A stretch of DNA of 64,000 bases from Candidatus Eiseniibacteriota bacterium. GTDB taxonomy: Bacteria; Eisenbacteria; RBG-16-71-46. The stretch is from contig OY970178.1 in assembly GCA_963707915.1 (NCBI GenBank), positions 1,984,001 through 2,048,000 on the forward strand, read 5' to 3'. Made by a program: the position numbers and the translations under genes. Under the pieces are notes generated by a model. That model saw only the letters and a list, made by a program, of their open reading frames with translations, made no database searches and had not been told where the DNA came from. Below, piece after piece: positions 18,542-30,482 of the stretch (position 1 is the first letter of the stretch; each line of letters starts with the position of its first letter).

Positions 18542-19252
18542 GTGCGCTCCCCGCTCCCCGTCCGCTCCAGCGCCCCGCCGCGGCGCGACCCGCGCGACCG
18601 CGCCGTGGCGCGCGCCGCGCTCCTGCTCGCGCTGCTGCTCGCGCCGGCGCCGGCGGCACGCGCCCTGGAGATCACGGCCCAGCCGCCGCGCGAACACAGC
18701 GGCTACCTGTGGGTGGATGTCCGGCTCGGCGAGCTGTTCGACTCGCGGGTGGCGGGCAGCCTCGCGCGCGGCATGCCGGCGACGCTCGCGCTGCACGCCG
18801 AGCTGTGGAGGCGGCGTACCGGCTGGTTCGACGACCTCGAGAGCGTCTTCGATGCCGAGCTGCGCCTGCAGTACGACTTCCGCAGCGCCGCCTATCGCCT
18901 CGAGCGCACCGGGGCCCGCACCCTGCTCGTGCCCGGGCTGGACTCGGTGCGCACCGTGCTCCAACAGCTCCTGCCGCTGCCGGTCGGGCGCGTGGGCCCG
19001 CTGATCGCGGATCGGCGCTACTACGTCGTGGTGTCCGCGACGCTCAAGCCATTGAGGGTGGAGGACGCGGCGGAGGTCGAGGACTGGCTCTCGGGGGAGG
19101 TCGGAGGCGGGAGCCGGCAACCGTTCGGCCTGCTGACCGGCCTGCCCCGCTCGCTGTTCGACACGGCGCGCAACTTCGCCGGCTTCGGCGACGAGCACGC
19201 GCGCGCCATCACCGACGACTTCGGCTTGCAGGACCTGTTCGGCGGGCGGTAG
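18542..19252 (+). CDS. DUF4390 domain-containing secreted protein
   Basis: Signal peptide; SLARGMPATLALHAELWRRRTGWFD, LRLQYD; this family is commonly found near NtrY/NtrX-like pairs. Confidence 0.7.
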   Translation: MRSPLPVRSSAPPRRDPRDRAVARAALLLALLLAPAPAARALEITAQPPREHSGYLWVDVRLGELFDSRVAGSLARGMPATLALHAELWRRRTGWFDDLESVFDAELRLQYDFRSAAYRLERTGARTLLVPGLDSVRTVLQQLLPLPVGRVGPLIADRRYYVVVSATLKPLRVEDAAEVEDWLSGEVGGGSRQPFGLLTGLPRSLFDTARNFAGFGDEHARAITDDFGLQDLFGGR

Positions 19253-19270
19253 CCGGGTCGGGCCCCGGAG

Positions 19271-20288
19271 TCAGGGCAGCAGGGTCACGCGGGCGCTGGC
19301 GCTGCCGTCGCGCGCGCGGGCGAAGACCACCCCCGGGGCGGGCTGGGCGCCGGACTCGTCCCGGCCGTCCCAGATCCAGCGCACGCCGCCGAAGACGGGC
19401 TCGGGCTCGACCGTGGCCAGGCGGCGGCCGGCGAGGTCGAACAGGTCCAGCGCCACCGGCGCGGAACCCTTCCGCGAGAAGAGCACCGGGCCCCGGGCCG
19501 GGTTGGGGCGCACGCCGAGCGAGACGGTCAGCAGCGGCCCCGAGAGCGAGAGCATGAAGTCCGCCAGGCCGGCGACCTGCGCGGGCGGCGTGAGCGAGGC
19601 GTTCTCGACGTTGCCGCTCGAGCGGGCCAGCGGGCCGCCGAACAGACCGCGGAAGTCCTCGGCGAAGATCTCGTGCGGCCGGTCGGAATGGGCCGCGCTG
19701 CTGGAGTAGACGTTGAGGTCGGTGATGCCGCGCAGGCCGCGGTAGCGCCCCCACGAGACGGCGTCCTGGTCCGGCAGGCGCGCGTACTGGATGACGTGGC
19801 CCAGCTCGTGGACGGATTCGGACTGCTGCTGCTCGCGCGAGCACCTGGTAGACGCCCGGCGAGAGCAGGATGAGCCCGGGGGCCGCGGCCGAGGTCAGGC
19901 CGGCGCGACGCGGGTAGGGGAGGATGAAGATCTCGGCCGCCACGCCGTCGAGCGGGTAGGTGACCGCGGCGAGCGCGGCGCGCACTTCGCCGGCGTCGAA
20001 GACGTGGAACTCCCCGTCGCCGTGGTTCGAGATGGCGGAGTCCGCCGGGGAGGTGACGAGCTCGAAGCTCATCCCGCCGGGCAGCACCAGCCAGAGCACG
20101 CCCTGGGAGTCCGGGCGGCACCAGTCGCGCAGCGTCTCCTGGGCGTCGTGGATGACGAGGCGGACGGGCGCCGGGAAGCCGCCGACCTGCATCTCGTTGG
20201 CGGCGGCCGGAACGATGGCCGGTACGGCGAGCAGGCCAGCCAGCGCGAGGGTGCGGGCGAAGTGGCGGATGCGGAGGACGGGCTCCAT
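19271..20288 (-). pseudogene. Secreted zincin-like metalloprotease with a T9SS/FlgD-type C-terminal domain, split by a frameshift near 19841
   Basis: N-terminal frame reads ...LILLSPGVYQV; after a one-base shift it continues SREQQQSESVHELGHVIQY...HEIFAEDFR...PNPARG...LFDLAGRRLA...WDGRDESG...PGVVFAR to the stop at 19271. Could be a sequencing error. Confidence 0.8.
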
Positions 20289-20541
20289 GCCGAAGCCCTA
20301 ACGCCACAAACATGCCAGCCACGACGCCCGCAGCGGCCGGCGGACGTCCGGCGGATCAGCCCGTCAATCTGCTGCCGGGAAACCGGTTACGGGATCGCTC
20401 CGGAGCGGTCCATGGAACTCGGCCAGCCGGCCCGCAGCCGACGGAGACGGAAACCGGGGAATCCGACCCACGGCACCGACGGCCGTGGGTCGGATTCCGC
20501 TCCCCAGGCGTGTCCGGGGTCGCGATCGCCCGCGCAGGCTC

Positions 20542-21669
20542 CTAGGCGACGGGGGCGACGCCCGCGGGTGGCTGCGCTGGCCGCGAACCCACCCGCGAGA
20601 GGATGAGCGCGCCGGTGCCGATGATCGAGAGCCCCAGCACCAACAGGACTCCCAGCAGGGTGAAGAACAGCGAGAGCGTGCGCGGCACCCCCTCGGGCAC
20701 CGCGAAGCCGGCGCCCAGCCCGAAGCACAGCGCGACCAGGAGCGTGCCCACGACGATCGGGCCCATCAGACCGCCCTCGCCCGGCCGGCGGCGCAGGATC
20801 TTGCAGCCCAGCACGTAGCTCCCGGCGATCTGGCCCGCCCAGATGGCCAGCAGGTAGACGAAGGGCAGCAGCAGCGCGAAGGGGATGCCGACCACGGTGA
20901 TGAAGAGCAGCACCAGCGCGATCACGAAGAGCGGCGCGGAGAGCAGGCCGAGGAAGAACGAGCCGGCGCCGTGGCGCGAGGCGGTGTGCCCGATCTGCAG
21001 CATGCGCTCGGGGAAGAGCAGGGCGAGCAGCCAGCCGAGGACCAGCGTGACCAGCCAGCCCAGGACCACGACGGTGAGCAGCGTGGCCAGCGTCGGCACG
21101 CCCCAGCCCGGCGACATCAGGCCGATGGCCACGCTCTGGCCGCTGACCCGCGCATCCGGCGGCTGGTCGAGCACGCCGCCGATCGCGATGGCGTCGCCCT
21201 CCACGTTGGACCCGCCACGCAGGCGCACCGAGCCGAACACCGCCACCACGTCCCCCTCGACCGTGCCGCCGACGTCGACCGAACCGAACACGGCCACCAC
21301 GTCCCCGGGGATCGTCTTCCCGGCGGGCACGTGGGCGTCGGCGAACAGCCGCACCAGCCCGGCTTCGCCGGCGTTCACGACGATGGAGGTCCCGTTCCCC
21401 GAATCGCCCCCGATGACGACGCTCTCGCCCTTCCCATCCTCCACGGTCTCCACGGTCAGCCCGTGCCGGCCCACCTTGATCACGCCCTCGGGCTTCGGGC
21501 GGACGCGCGTCTCGAGGTGGCCCGTGCTGTCTCCGGGGCCGGAGCGCTCGATCTGGATGCCGGCGGGTCCGATGCGCACGTGGCGCACCACCCGCCCGCT
21601 GTCGCCGACCGCCAGGGCCAGCGCCGGAACCAGCCACAGGACGAGCGCCAGGAGGGCCCCGGTCGCCAT
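20542..21669 (-). CDS. Membrane protein with a bactofilin-like beta-helix region and about 5 C-terminal TM helices (ECF-associated)
   Basis: Signal peptide; repeats GDVVAVFGSVDV, GDVVAVFGSVRL, GDAIAIGG; hydrophobic C-terminus; third gene of the sigma/anti-sigma cassette. Confidence 0.75.
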   Translation of the reverse strand: MATGALLALVLWLVPALALAVGDSGRVVRHVRIGPAGIQIERSGPGDSTGHLETRVRPKPEGVIKVGRHGLTVETVEDGKGESVVIGGDSGNGTSIVVNAGEAGLVRLFADAHVPAGKTIPGDVVAVFGSVDVGGTVEGDVVAVFGSVRLRGGSNVEGDAIAIGGVLDQPPDARVSGQSVAIGLMSPGWGVPTLATLLTVVVLGWLVTLVLGWLLALLFPERMLQIGHTASRHGAGSFFLGLLSAPLFVIALVLLFITVVGIPFALLLPFVYLLAIWAGQIAGSYVLGCKILRRRPGEGGLMGPIVVGTLLVALCFGLGAGFAVPEGVPRTLSLFFTLLGVLLVLGLSIIGTGALILSRVGSRPAQPPAGVAPVA

Positions 21670-21706
21670 CCCCCGGGCCCGAGCGCCCACCCGACCGCAC
21701 CTCACC

Positions 21707-22330
21707 TCAGAAGCCCAGGACGCCGACATGGTGCACCTCCCGCGCCGCGGCACCCGCCCGCGGCCGCATCCACCACAACAAGGCCACGCAGACCGCGGCC
21801 GCCGCCCAGATCGCGAGGGCGACGCTGGGCTCCGCGAGCACGGCCCCAAGGGCCCGCGACAGCGGCGCGAGGCGCCCACCGACCGCGCGGACCACGCTCC
21901 AGCTGTCGGCGACGCGCACCGCCGAAGCTCCGAGCAGGTTCAGCACGAAGATCCCGGCTCCCAGCAGCCGGTGCGACAACTGGCCCGAAAGCGTCTCCAG
22001 TTGCGCGTGCCCGCCCGGCTGGAGCGCCCAGGTCGCCACCCCGGCGAAGCAGGCGGCGAGCGCGCCCGCGTAACCCCAGCCCAGTGCGGCGAGCCGGCGG
22101 TGGCGCGCGCGCGACGGCAGCACGCGCTCGAGGATCCTCCCGGTGAGTTCGGGCCGCGGCGCCAGCAGGGGGGCGCGCTCGAGCGTCGCGATGAGACCCT
22201 GGAACGACGCCACCTCGGCGGCGCAGTCACGGCACGCGGCCAGGTGCGCGCGGAAGGCCACGGTCTCCGCGGGCGGCAGTTCGCCGTCCAGGAAGTCCTG
22301 CAGGCGGAGGTTCTCGGCACAGCGCGTCAT
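21707..22330 (-). CDS. Zinc-binding (zf-HC2/ZAS) transmembrane anti-sigma factor
   Basis: C...LQDFLDGEL...HLAACRDC (HxxxCxxC); TM helices; overlaps the sigma stop codon. Confidence 0.9.
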   Translation of the reverse strand: MTRCAENLRLQDFLDGELPPAETVAFRAHLAACRDCAAEVASFQGLIATLERAPLLAPRPELTGRILERVLPSRARHRRLAALGWGYAGALAACFAGVATWALQPGGHAQLETLSGQLSHRLLGAGIFVLNLLGASAVRVADSWSVVRAVGGRLAPLSRALGAVLAEPSVALAIWAAAAVCVALLWWMRPRAGAAAREVHHVGVLGF

Positions 22331-22893
22331 GACCCGGCCTCCAGTCGCTCCTTCAGCAGGGCGCGCGCCCGGTGGATGCGCGCCTTCACCGTGCCCAGCG
22401 GCAGCCGCAGCGCCTCGGAGATCTCCTCGTAGGAGAGCCCCTGCTGGTGCCGCAGCACCACCACGATCCGGTAGTGCTCGGGCAGCGACCCGATCAGCCG
22501 GTCGGCGCTGCGCTGCTCCTGGCGCTGCTCGGCCAGCTCCTCGGGCCCCGGAGCGGGATCCGCGAAATCGACGGCGTGCTCCTCGTCCGACCCCGGCTCG
22601 CTGCGGAACAGCGAGACCGTCTTCACCCGGCGCCGGCGCAGCTGATCGATGCTCAGCCGCGCCGCGATGGTGAGCAGCCAGGCCGGGAAGGGCCGGGCCG
22701 GGTCGTAGCGATCGAGGGCCTTGAACATCCGGACGAACGTCTCCTGCGTGAGGTCCTCGGCATCCTCGGCCACGCGGACCATCCGCATGGCCACCGAGTA
22801 GACCTGCCTCTCGTAGCGCTCGATCAGCTCGCGGTAGGCCCGCTCGTCTCCGGCCAGGCAGCGCCGGACCAGTTCGGCGTCGCTGGGGCTCAC
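22327..22893 (-). CDS. ECF RNA polymerase sigma factor (SigW/RpoE-like)
   Basis: DAELVRR..GDERAY, DAEDLTQETF, FPAWLLTIA, LSYEEISEAL.LPLGTVKARIHRAR. Confidence 0.95.
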   Translation of the reverse strand: MSPSDAELVRRCLAGDERAYRELIERYERQVYSVAMRMVRVAEDAEDLTQETFVRMFKALDRYDPARPFPAWLLTIAARLSIDQLRRRRVKTVSLFRSEPGSDEEHAVDFADPAPGPEELAEQRQEQRSADRLIGSLPEHYRIVVVLRHQQGLSYEEISEALRLPLGTVKARIHRARALLKERLEAGS

Positions 22894-22914
22894 CGGCTGA
22901 CCTTCATCTCCGCT

Positions 22915-22941
22915 TACGGGCGGCGGGCGGGGAAGGTTTCA
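22915..22941 (-). promoter_or_regulatory. Probable autoregulatory ECF promoter
   Basis: Minus strand TGAAAC-N17-CGTA, matching the SigW-type TGAAAC...CGTA consensus, just upstream of the sigma gene. Confidence 0.75.
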
Positions 22942-23042
22942 TGTGGGAGGACATTAGCGACCCGGTTCGGCGGTGGTCAAGGACCTGCGGGACTTCGAGT
23001 TGGGCAACCGGCCGCTTGACGGCAGGGGAAGCCCGAACGTAG

Positions 23043-24377
<1,335 letters not shown>

Positions 24378-24532
24378 CGCCGGACGCTTCGCGGGTACAT
24401 GTTGTCGGGTGTGGTCGGACGCGGCGAGCGTCCGGCCCACCCTGACCGGCCGGCGCGGCGACCGCCGGCCCGGAACTCGCAGGGACGCGAGCCCCGGCCC
24501 ACCGGGGACCATGGAGGAAGGACAGGGACGTC

Positions 24533-24889
24533 ATGCGCGACATCGGCACCCGCATCCAGCGCTACCGGCTCTCCCGCTACGCCCCACCCGAGGATCGCGT
24601 GCGCCGCGGCCTGCGCTGGGTGTGGCTCGCCGCCGCGCTCTGGCTCGTCTGGGTCGGCTTCGTGAGCGAGCACAACTTCATGCGGCTCCGGCAACTCGCG
24701 CGGGAGCGCCAGCTCTCGGAGGAGCAACTGCAGCAACTCCAGGGCGAGGTCGCCCGCCTGGACGCGCAGCAACGCGACCCGGCGGCGCAGCGCCTGCTGG
24801 CCGAGCACGCGCTGCGCGAGAAGTCGGGCATGGCCAGGCCCGGCGAGATCATCTACCAGATCCGCCCCGGAGCCCCCGGGAAGCGCTGA
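24533..24889 (+). CDS. ftsB: Septum formation initiator, FtsB/DivIC family
   Basis: Single TM + coiled coil + EHALREKSGMARPGEIIY; typical eno-ftsB synteny. Confidence 0.8.
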   Translation: MRDIGTRIQRYRLSRYAPPEDRVRRGLRWVWLAAALWLVWVGFVSEHNFMRLRQLARERQLSEEQLQQLQGEVARLDAQQRDPAAQRLLAEHALREKSGMARPGEIIYQIRPGAPGKR

Positions 24890-24988
24890 GTCGGCGGCGG
24901 GCCCGGCGCGGCCCCGCCGGCGGAAATGCGGAGCGGCGCGGGCATCGCCCGCGCCGCTCCGCTCTCGTGGCCCGCCGGGAAGCCGGGC

Positions 24989-25855
24989 CTAGAAGCCGAT
25001 CGCCACGGCCATCCGCACGCCGAAGCCGCTGAGGTCGAGCCTGGGGATGCGGGCGATCGTCTTGCCGTCCGCGTCCAGGAGCGGCATCTGCAGGGGCAGC
25101 CGATTCGTGTCGAGGACGGGCACCATGATCACGTCCTCACCCGGGACGCTCGTCAGGCTGCGGATCTGCATGCTCCGGTAGACGGCGCCCACGATGACGG
25201 AGTAGCGCGCCGCGAAGAACAGGTGCGCGCCCACCTCGGCGTAGTACCCCGGGCTGTCGCCCCGCGCGACCAGCCGGTTGTTCCCGCCCAGCGAATTGAT
25301 GTCGAGCGTGTCGGGGCCGTTCGGGTTGGGATGGATCGGCAGGCCCACCTCGACCGTCGAGAAGCTCGCCTGGGTCCCGGTCATGCTCAGCAGGCCGGCA
25401 CCCACGAAGGCGCGGGCCTGGAAGTCCCCCTGCGTGTAGGGCGCGAGGTAGTACTGCGCCCCGACGTGGAACGGCGTCGAGACGACCTCGCCCACCACGT
25501 TGATGGACGCCCCGATGCTCGGCTGGTACTCCCGCTTGGTCCGGACCTTGAGCCGGCTCCCCCCCACCGCCAGGGCGAAGTTGGGGCGCACGAAGTAGCG
25601 CAACTCACCGTCGAACAGCCACGCCATGCCCACCTTGTCGAGCGGATTCTGGGTGCGGCCGTCGGAGTTGAGCGGGTACTCGTTGTAGCGACCGATGAGG
25701 TCGTTGATGCCGCCACCTTCGACCTGGCTCGGCATGCCCGAGATCACCAGGTTCAGACGGTGCACCTCGGCCGCCGCCATGGCCTCCGGGGAATGGCTGA
25801 AGACGCCGAAGGCCACGGCCAGCGCCAGCAGGGCCCCGAGACGAAGACGAGTCAA
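24989..25855 (-). CDS. Outer-membrane beta-barrel protein of unknown function
   Basis: GGGAGG RBS + TTG 25855; signal peptide; alternating beta-strands; C-terminal LDLSGFGVRMAVAIGF. Confidence 0.7.
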   Translation of the reverse strand: MTRLRLGALLALAVAFGVFSHSPEAMAAAEVHRLNLVISGMPSQVEGGGINDLIGRYNEYPLNSDGRTQNPLDKVGMAWLFDGELRYFVRPNFALAVGGSRLKVRTKREYQPSIGASINVVGEVVSTPFHVGAQYYLAPYTQGDFQARAFVGAGLLSMTGTQASFSTVEVGLPIHPNPNGPDTLDINSLGGNNRLVARGDSPGYYAEVGAHLFFAARYSVIVGAVYRSMQIRSLTSVPGEDVIMVPVLDTNRLPLQMPLLDADGKTIARIPRLDLSGFGVRMAVAIGF

Positions 25856-25989
25856 CGCGAACCTCCCCAGATGAAGAGCCGATCCCGATGCGCAAGCCCC
25901 AGAATCCCGGTCAGAGTGCCGCATACTATCCGGCCTGCGGTCCCGGATGCAAGGCACGGAAGGGCGTTCCGGGGCGCCCCGGGCGGCAC

Positions 25990-26019
25990 TTGACAGCCCA
26001 CCCGCCGGGGGCCTAACGT
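25990..26019 (+). promoter_or_regulatory. Sigma70 promoter of the tRNA
   Basis: TTGACA-N18-TAACGT, 12 nt upstream of the tRNA. Confidence 0.65.
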
Positions 26020-26031
26020 TCGAGCCGTTGA

Positions 26032-26108
<77 letters not shown>

Positions 26109-26111
26109 AAT

Positions 26112-26148
26112 GGGCCCCGGGGCCGTCGGCTCCGGGGCCCGCCCTTTG
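26112..26148 (+). terminator. Hairpin after the tRNA, probable terminator
   Basis: gggccccggggcc-gtc-ggctccggggccc stem with only a weak T tail. Confidence 0.55.
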
Positions 26149-26227
26149 AGTCGTCCGCCGCGCGGTTCGCCGGCGGGGGCCGACCGGTAGAGCCCATCGC
26201 GGCCACGGTGCTAGTCTGCGCGCGCTC

Positions 26228-27253
26228 ATGAACGTGACACGACTGTCCGAAGACCGCGCCTGGTGCGACCACGTCCTGCCGCGCGTCTCGCGCACCTTCG
26301 CGCTCAACATCCGCCTGCTCGCCGGCACGTTCCGCGAGGCGGTGAGCACCGGCTACCTGCTCTGCCGGGCCGCCGACGCGATCGAGGACTCCTGGCCCGG
26401 GAGCGCCGGCGAGATCCGCGCGCGCTTCCGGCTCCTGCTCGATTCGCTCGGCGACGACGACGCCCCCGCCGAGTCCCTGGCCGCCCTGGCGCGCGGGACC
26501 GCGTCCCGGGCGAGCGACCTGGAGCTGGTCGCCGGCCTGCCGCGCGTGCGGCGCGTCTGGCGCGCGCTGCCCGCCGCCGACCGCGGGGTCCTCGCCGAGT
26601 GCGTGCACACCATGGCCACGGGCATGTGCCGCTACGCCGCGCGCGCCGCGGAACGCCCGCCCGGGGCGCCCTATCTCGACACCGAGGCCGAGCTGCGCGA
26701 CTACTGCTGGGTGGTGGCGGGCTGCGTGGGAGTGATGCTGACGCGGCTGTTCGGCGCCCGCGCCGCGGGCGATCCGGCGGCGCAGCGACGGCGGATCGAG
26801 CTCGCCCCGGCCGTCGGCGAGGCGCTGCAGCTCACCAACATCCTGCTCGACTGGTCCGCCGACGCGCGGCGCGGCCGCTGCTACCTCCCGGCCGCGTGGC
26901 TCGCCGAACACGGTCTCGAGCCGCGCGACCTGGTGGGGAGCGCACGTCCCGGCGTCACGGCCCTGGAGGTACGCCTCGAGGCGCGGGCCCGCGCCGCCCT
27001 CGCCCGGGTGCCCGACTACCTCGACGCCGTCCCGCCGCGCGCACTGCGCTACCGCCTGTTCACCCTGCTGCCCGCGCTCTGGGGGCTCGCCTCGATCGAG
27101 CACGCGCGCGAAGATCCCGAGTTCCCGTGGGGCGCGCGGCGGCCGCGACTGCCCCGGGGGCGGCTCTGGGGCGAGGCCGGCGGCGGGCTGCTGGGCCACC
27201 GCGGCGCGGCGTTGCGGCGGCTGCGGGCGGCGGGCGTTCCGGCCGGCGCCTGA
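26228..27253 (+). CDS. Squalene/phytoene synthase family protein (head-to-head prenyltransferase)
   Basis: VSRTFAL, YLLCRAADAIED, YCWVVAGCVG, LQLTNILLD, RGRCYLP. Confidence 0.88.
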   Translation: MNVTRLSEDRAWCDHVLPRVSRTFALNIRLLAGTFREAVSTGYLLCRAADAIEDSWPGSAGEIRARFRLLLDSLGDDDAPAESLAALARGTASRASDLELVAGLPRVRRVWRALPAADRGVLAECVHTMATGMCRYAARAAERPPGAPYLDTEAELRDYCWVVAGCVGVMLTRLFGARAAGDPAAQRRRIELAPAVGEALQLTNILLDWSADARRGRCYLPAAWLAEHGLEPRDLVGSARPGVTALEVRLEARARAALARVPDYLDAVPPRALRYRLFTLLPALWGLASIEHAREDPEFPWGARRPRLPRGRLWGEAGGGLLGHRGAALRRLRAAGVPAGA

Positions 27254-27291
27254 CCCGGGCGGGCCCCGCGGCCCGGCGGTGACCGCGGCGG

Positions 27292-28569
27292 CTACTCCAG
27301 CCGCTCGGTGGGCGCCGGCTCCGCGGCGCGGTCGCCCTGCAGCCGCGAGAGCACGCGGAAGCGCCAGGCCACCATCACGGCCCCCAGCAACATGACCCCG
27401 CCGCTGATGGTGGTCGAGACCGGCGCGCCCCAGCGCTGGGCGATCAGCCCGGAGCCGAGCGCCCCGATCGGCGCCGTGCCCGCGAACATCAGGGTGTAGA
27501 GGCTCATCACGCGGCCGCGGAAGCGGTCCTCGGTGGTGAGCTGCAGCAGCGTGTTCGTGCTGGCGACGTAGACGATGAGCCCGAAGCCCGCGAGCGCGCC
27601 CGCCGCGAGCGAAAGCGGGATCGCCCGCGACCAGGCGAAGAGCGCCAGCCCGCCGCCGCAGGCCGAGAGCCCCAGCAGCAGGTTGCGACGCAGACCGGGG
27701 CGGGCCGACCGTCCGGTGAGGCGCACCGCCCCGAGCAGCGCGCCCGCACCGAAGGCGGTCACCAGCAGGCCGTAGACCCTCGGGCCCGCGTGCAGGATGT
27801 CGCGCGCGTAGACCGGCAGCAGCAACTGGTACTGGAAGCCGATGCCGGCGGTCACGCAGAGCAGGAGCAGCAGGTTCCGCAGCGGACGCACGCCCCACGC
27901 GTAGCGCACGCCTTCCATCAGGCTCGACCCCAGCGCCCGGCCGCGGCGGTAGAACTCGCGCTTCGGCAGGTTCAGGCGCGCCAGGCTCGCCAGCACCGCG
28001 ACGTAGGAGAGCGCGTTGAGCCAGAAGCAGCCGCCCTCGCCCACGGTCGCGAGCAGCACGCCCGCCACCGCCGGCCCCACGACGCGCGCGGAGTTGAACG
28101 CCGCCGAGTTGAGCGCGATGGCGTTGCCCAGGTCCTCCTTGCCCACCAGCTCGACCACGAAGGACTGCCGCGCCGGCATGTCGAAGGCGTTGATGATCCC
28201 GAACACGCCCGCCAGGGTGAGCACCATCCACGGCTGCACCACGCCCGTGGTGACGACCGTGGCGAGGACGGCCGCCTGCAGCAGGGCGGCGCCCTGCGTC
28301 AGGACGAGCAGGCGACGGCGGTCCATGCGGTCGATCACCGCGCCGGCCCAGAGCGAGAGCAGCATGACCGGCAGGAACTGCGTGAAGCCGAGCAGGCCGA
28401 GCCAGAAGGCCGAGTGCGTGAGCCGGTGCATGAGCCAGCCCTGCGCCACGCTCTGCATCCAGGTGCCGACCAGCGAGACGAGCTGCCCACTCCAGTAGAG
28501 CCGAAAATTGCGGTGGCGCAGCGCGCTGAAGCGCGCCGCGAACCGGATGACGGTCGGGTTCCCTGCCAT
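27292..28569 (-). CDS. MFS transporter (MFS_3/DHA3-like)
   Basis: LRHRNFRLYWSGQLVSLVGTWMQ, DRMDRRRLL, AFDMPARQSF, RGRVMSLY; about 12 TM helices. Confidence 0.93.
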   Translation of the reverse strand: MAGNPTVIRFAARFSALRHRNFRLYWSGQLVSLVGTWMQSVAQGWLMHRLTHSAFWLGLLGFTQFLPVMLLSLWAGAVIDRMDRRRLLVLTQGAALLQAAVLATVVTTGVVQPWMVLTLAGVFGIINAFDMPARQSFVVELVGKEDLGNAIALNSAAFNSARVVGPAVAGVLLATVGEGGCFWLNALSYVAVLASLARLNLPKREFYRRGRALGSSLMEGVRYAWGVRPLRNLLLLLCVTAGIGFQYQLLLPVYARDILHAGPRVYGLLVTAFGAGALLGAVRLTGRSARPGLRRNLLLGLSACGGGLALFAWSRAIPLSLAAGALAGFGLIVYVASTNTLLQLTTEDRFRGRVMSLYTLMFAGTAPIGALGSGLIAQRWGAPVSTTISGGVMLLGAVMVAWRFRVLSRLQGDRAAEPAPTERLE

Positions 28570-28688
28570 GGCCCGGACGCTACTATGCCCGGGGGCGCTT
28601 CCCAAACCACCCGCCGTGCGCGAGACTCGGCCTGCCGCCTGCCCGGCTCGAACCGCCGGGCACGCCGCGGCCGGAGGCGAACGAACCC

Positions 28689-30026
<1,338 letters not shown>

Positions 30027-30053
30027 GCGCGGGGCGGGCCGGTGCCGAAGGCC

Positions 30054-30221
30054 GGCGGGCGCGGGCGGGTCGGGGGCGGAAGGCGCTCCGGGCGAGCGCT
30101 CGGTCGCGCCGGTCCCTGGCGCTCCCTCGCTCCTCCGCGCTGATCCGGCTCCGCCATCCTGGCTCCGCCGGGCGCGGGCGTCGCCCTGCGGCCTTCCGCC
30201 CCCGACCCGCCCGCGCCCGCC
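30054..30221. repeat. Perfect 31-bp inverted repeat flanking a 106-bp core
   Basis: 30054-30084 ggcgggcgcgggcgggtcgggggcggaaggc is the exact reverse complement of 30191-30221. Confidence 0.9.
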
Positions 30222-30227
30222 CCGGCG

Positions 30228-30256
30228 TTGAGCCCCTCCCGCGCCTGCGCTAGACT
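30228..30256 (+). promoter_or_regulatory. Sigma70-type promoter for the Zn-finger/hsp20/lon unit
   Basis: TTGAGC-N17-TAGACT, 30 nt before ATG 30286. Confidence 0.6.
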
Positions 30257-30285
30257 GCGTTCGCCACCAGCGAAAGGACCTTCGG

Positions 30286-30468
30286 ATGTGCCCCTTCTGC
30301 AAGGAACACGATGGCCGGACCTGCCAGGTCGTCGAGAAGCCCAACGGCCGCCTGGTCTGCGAGTGCGGACGACATTCCTGGCCAAGCGCGGGCGCGCTGC
30401 TCGAGACCTGCCGGCGGCAGGACCTGACCATCACCGGCATGCCGCAGATCTGGACCCAGGGCTACTGA
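30286..30468 (+). CDS. Small Cys-rich, putative zinc-ribbon protein (60 aa)
   Basis: AAAGGA RBS; MCPFC...C...CECGRH...C; high GC3; first gene before hsp20. Confidence 0.7.
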   Translation: MCPFCKEHDGRTCQVVEKPNGRLVCECGRHSWPSAGALLETCRRQDLTITGMPQIWTQGY

Positions 30469-30482
30469 GCGCGGAGCCGAGC

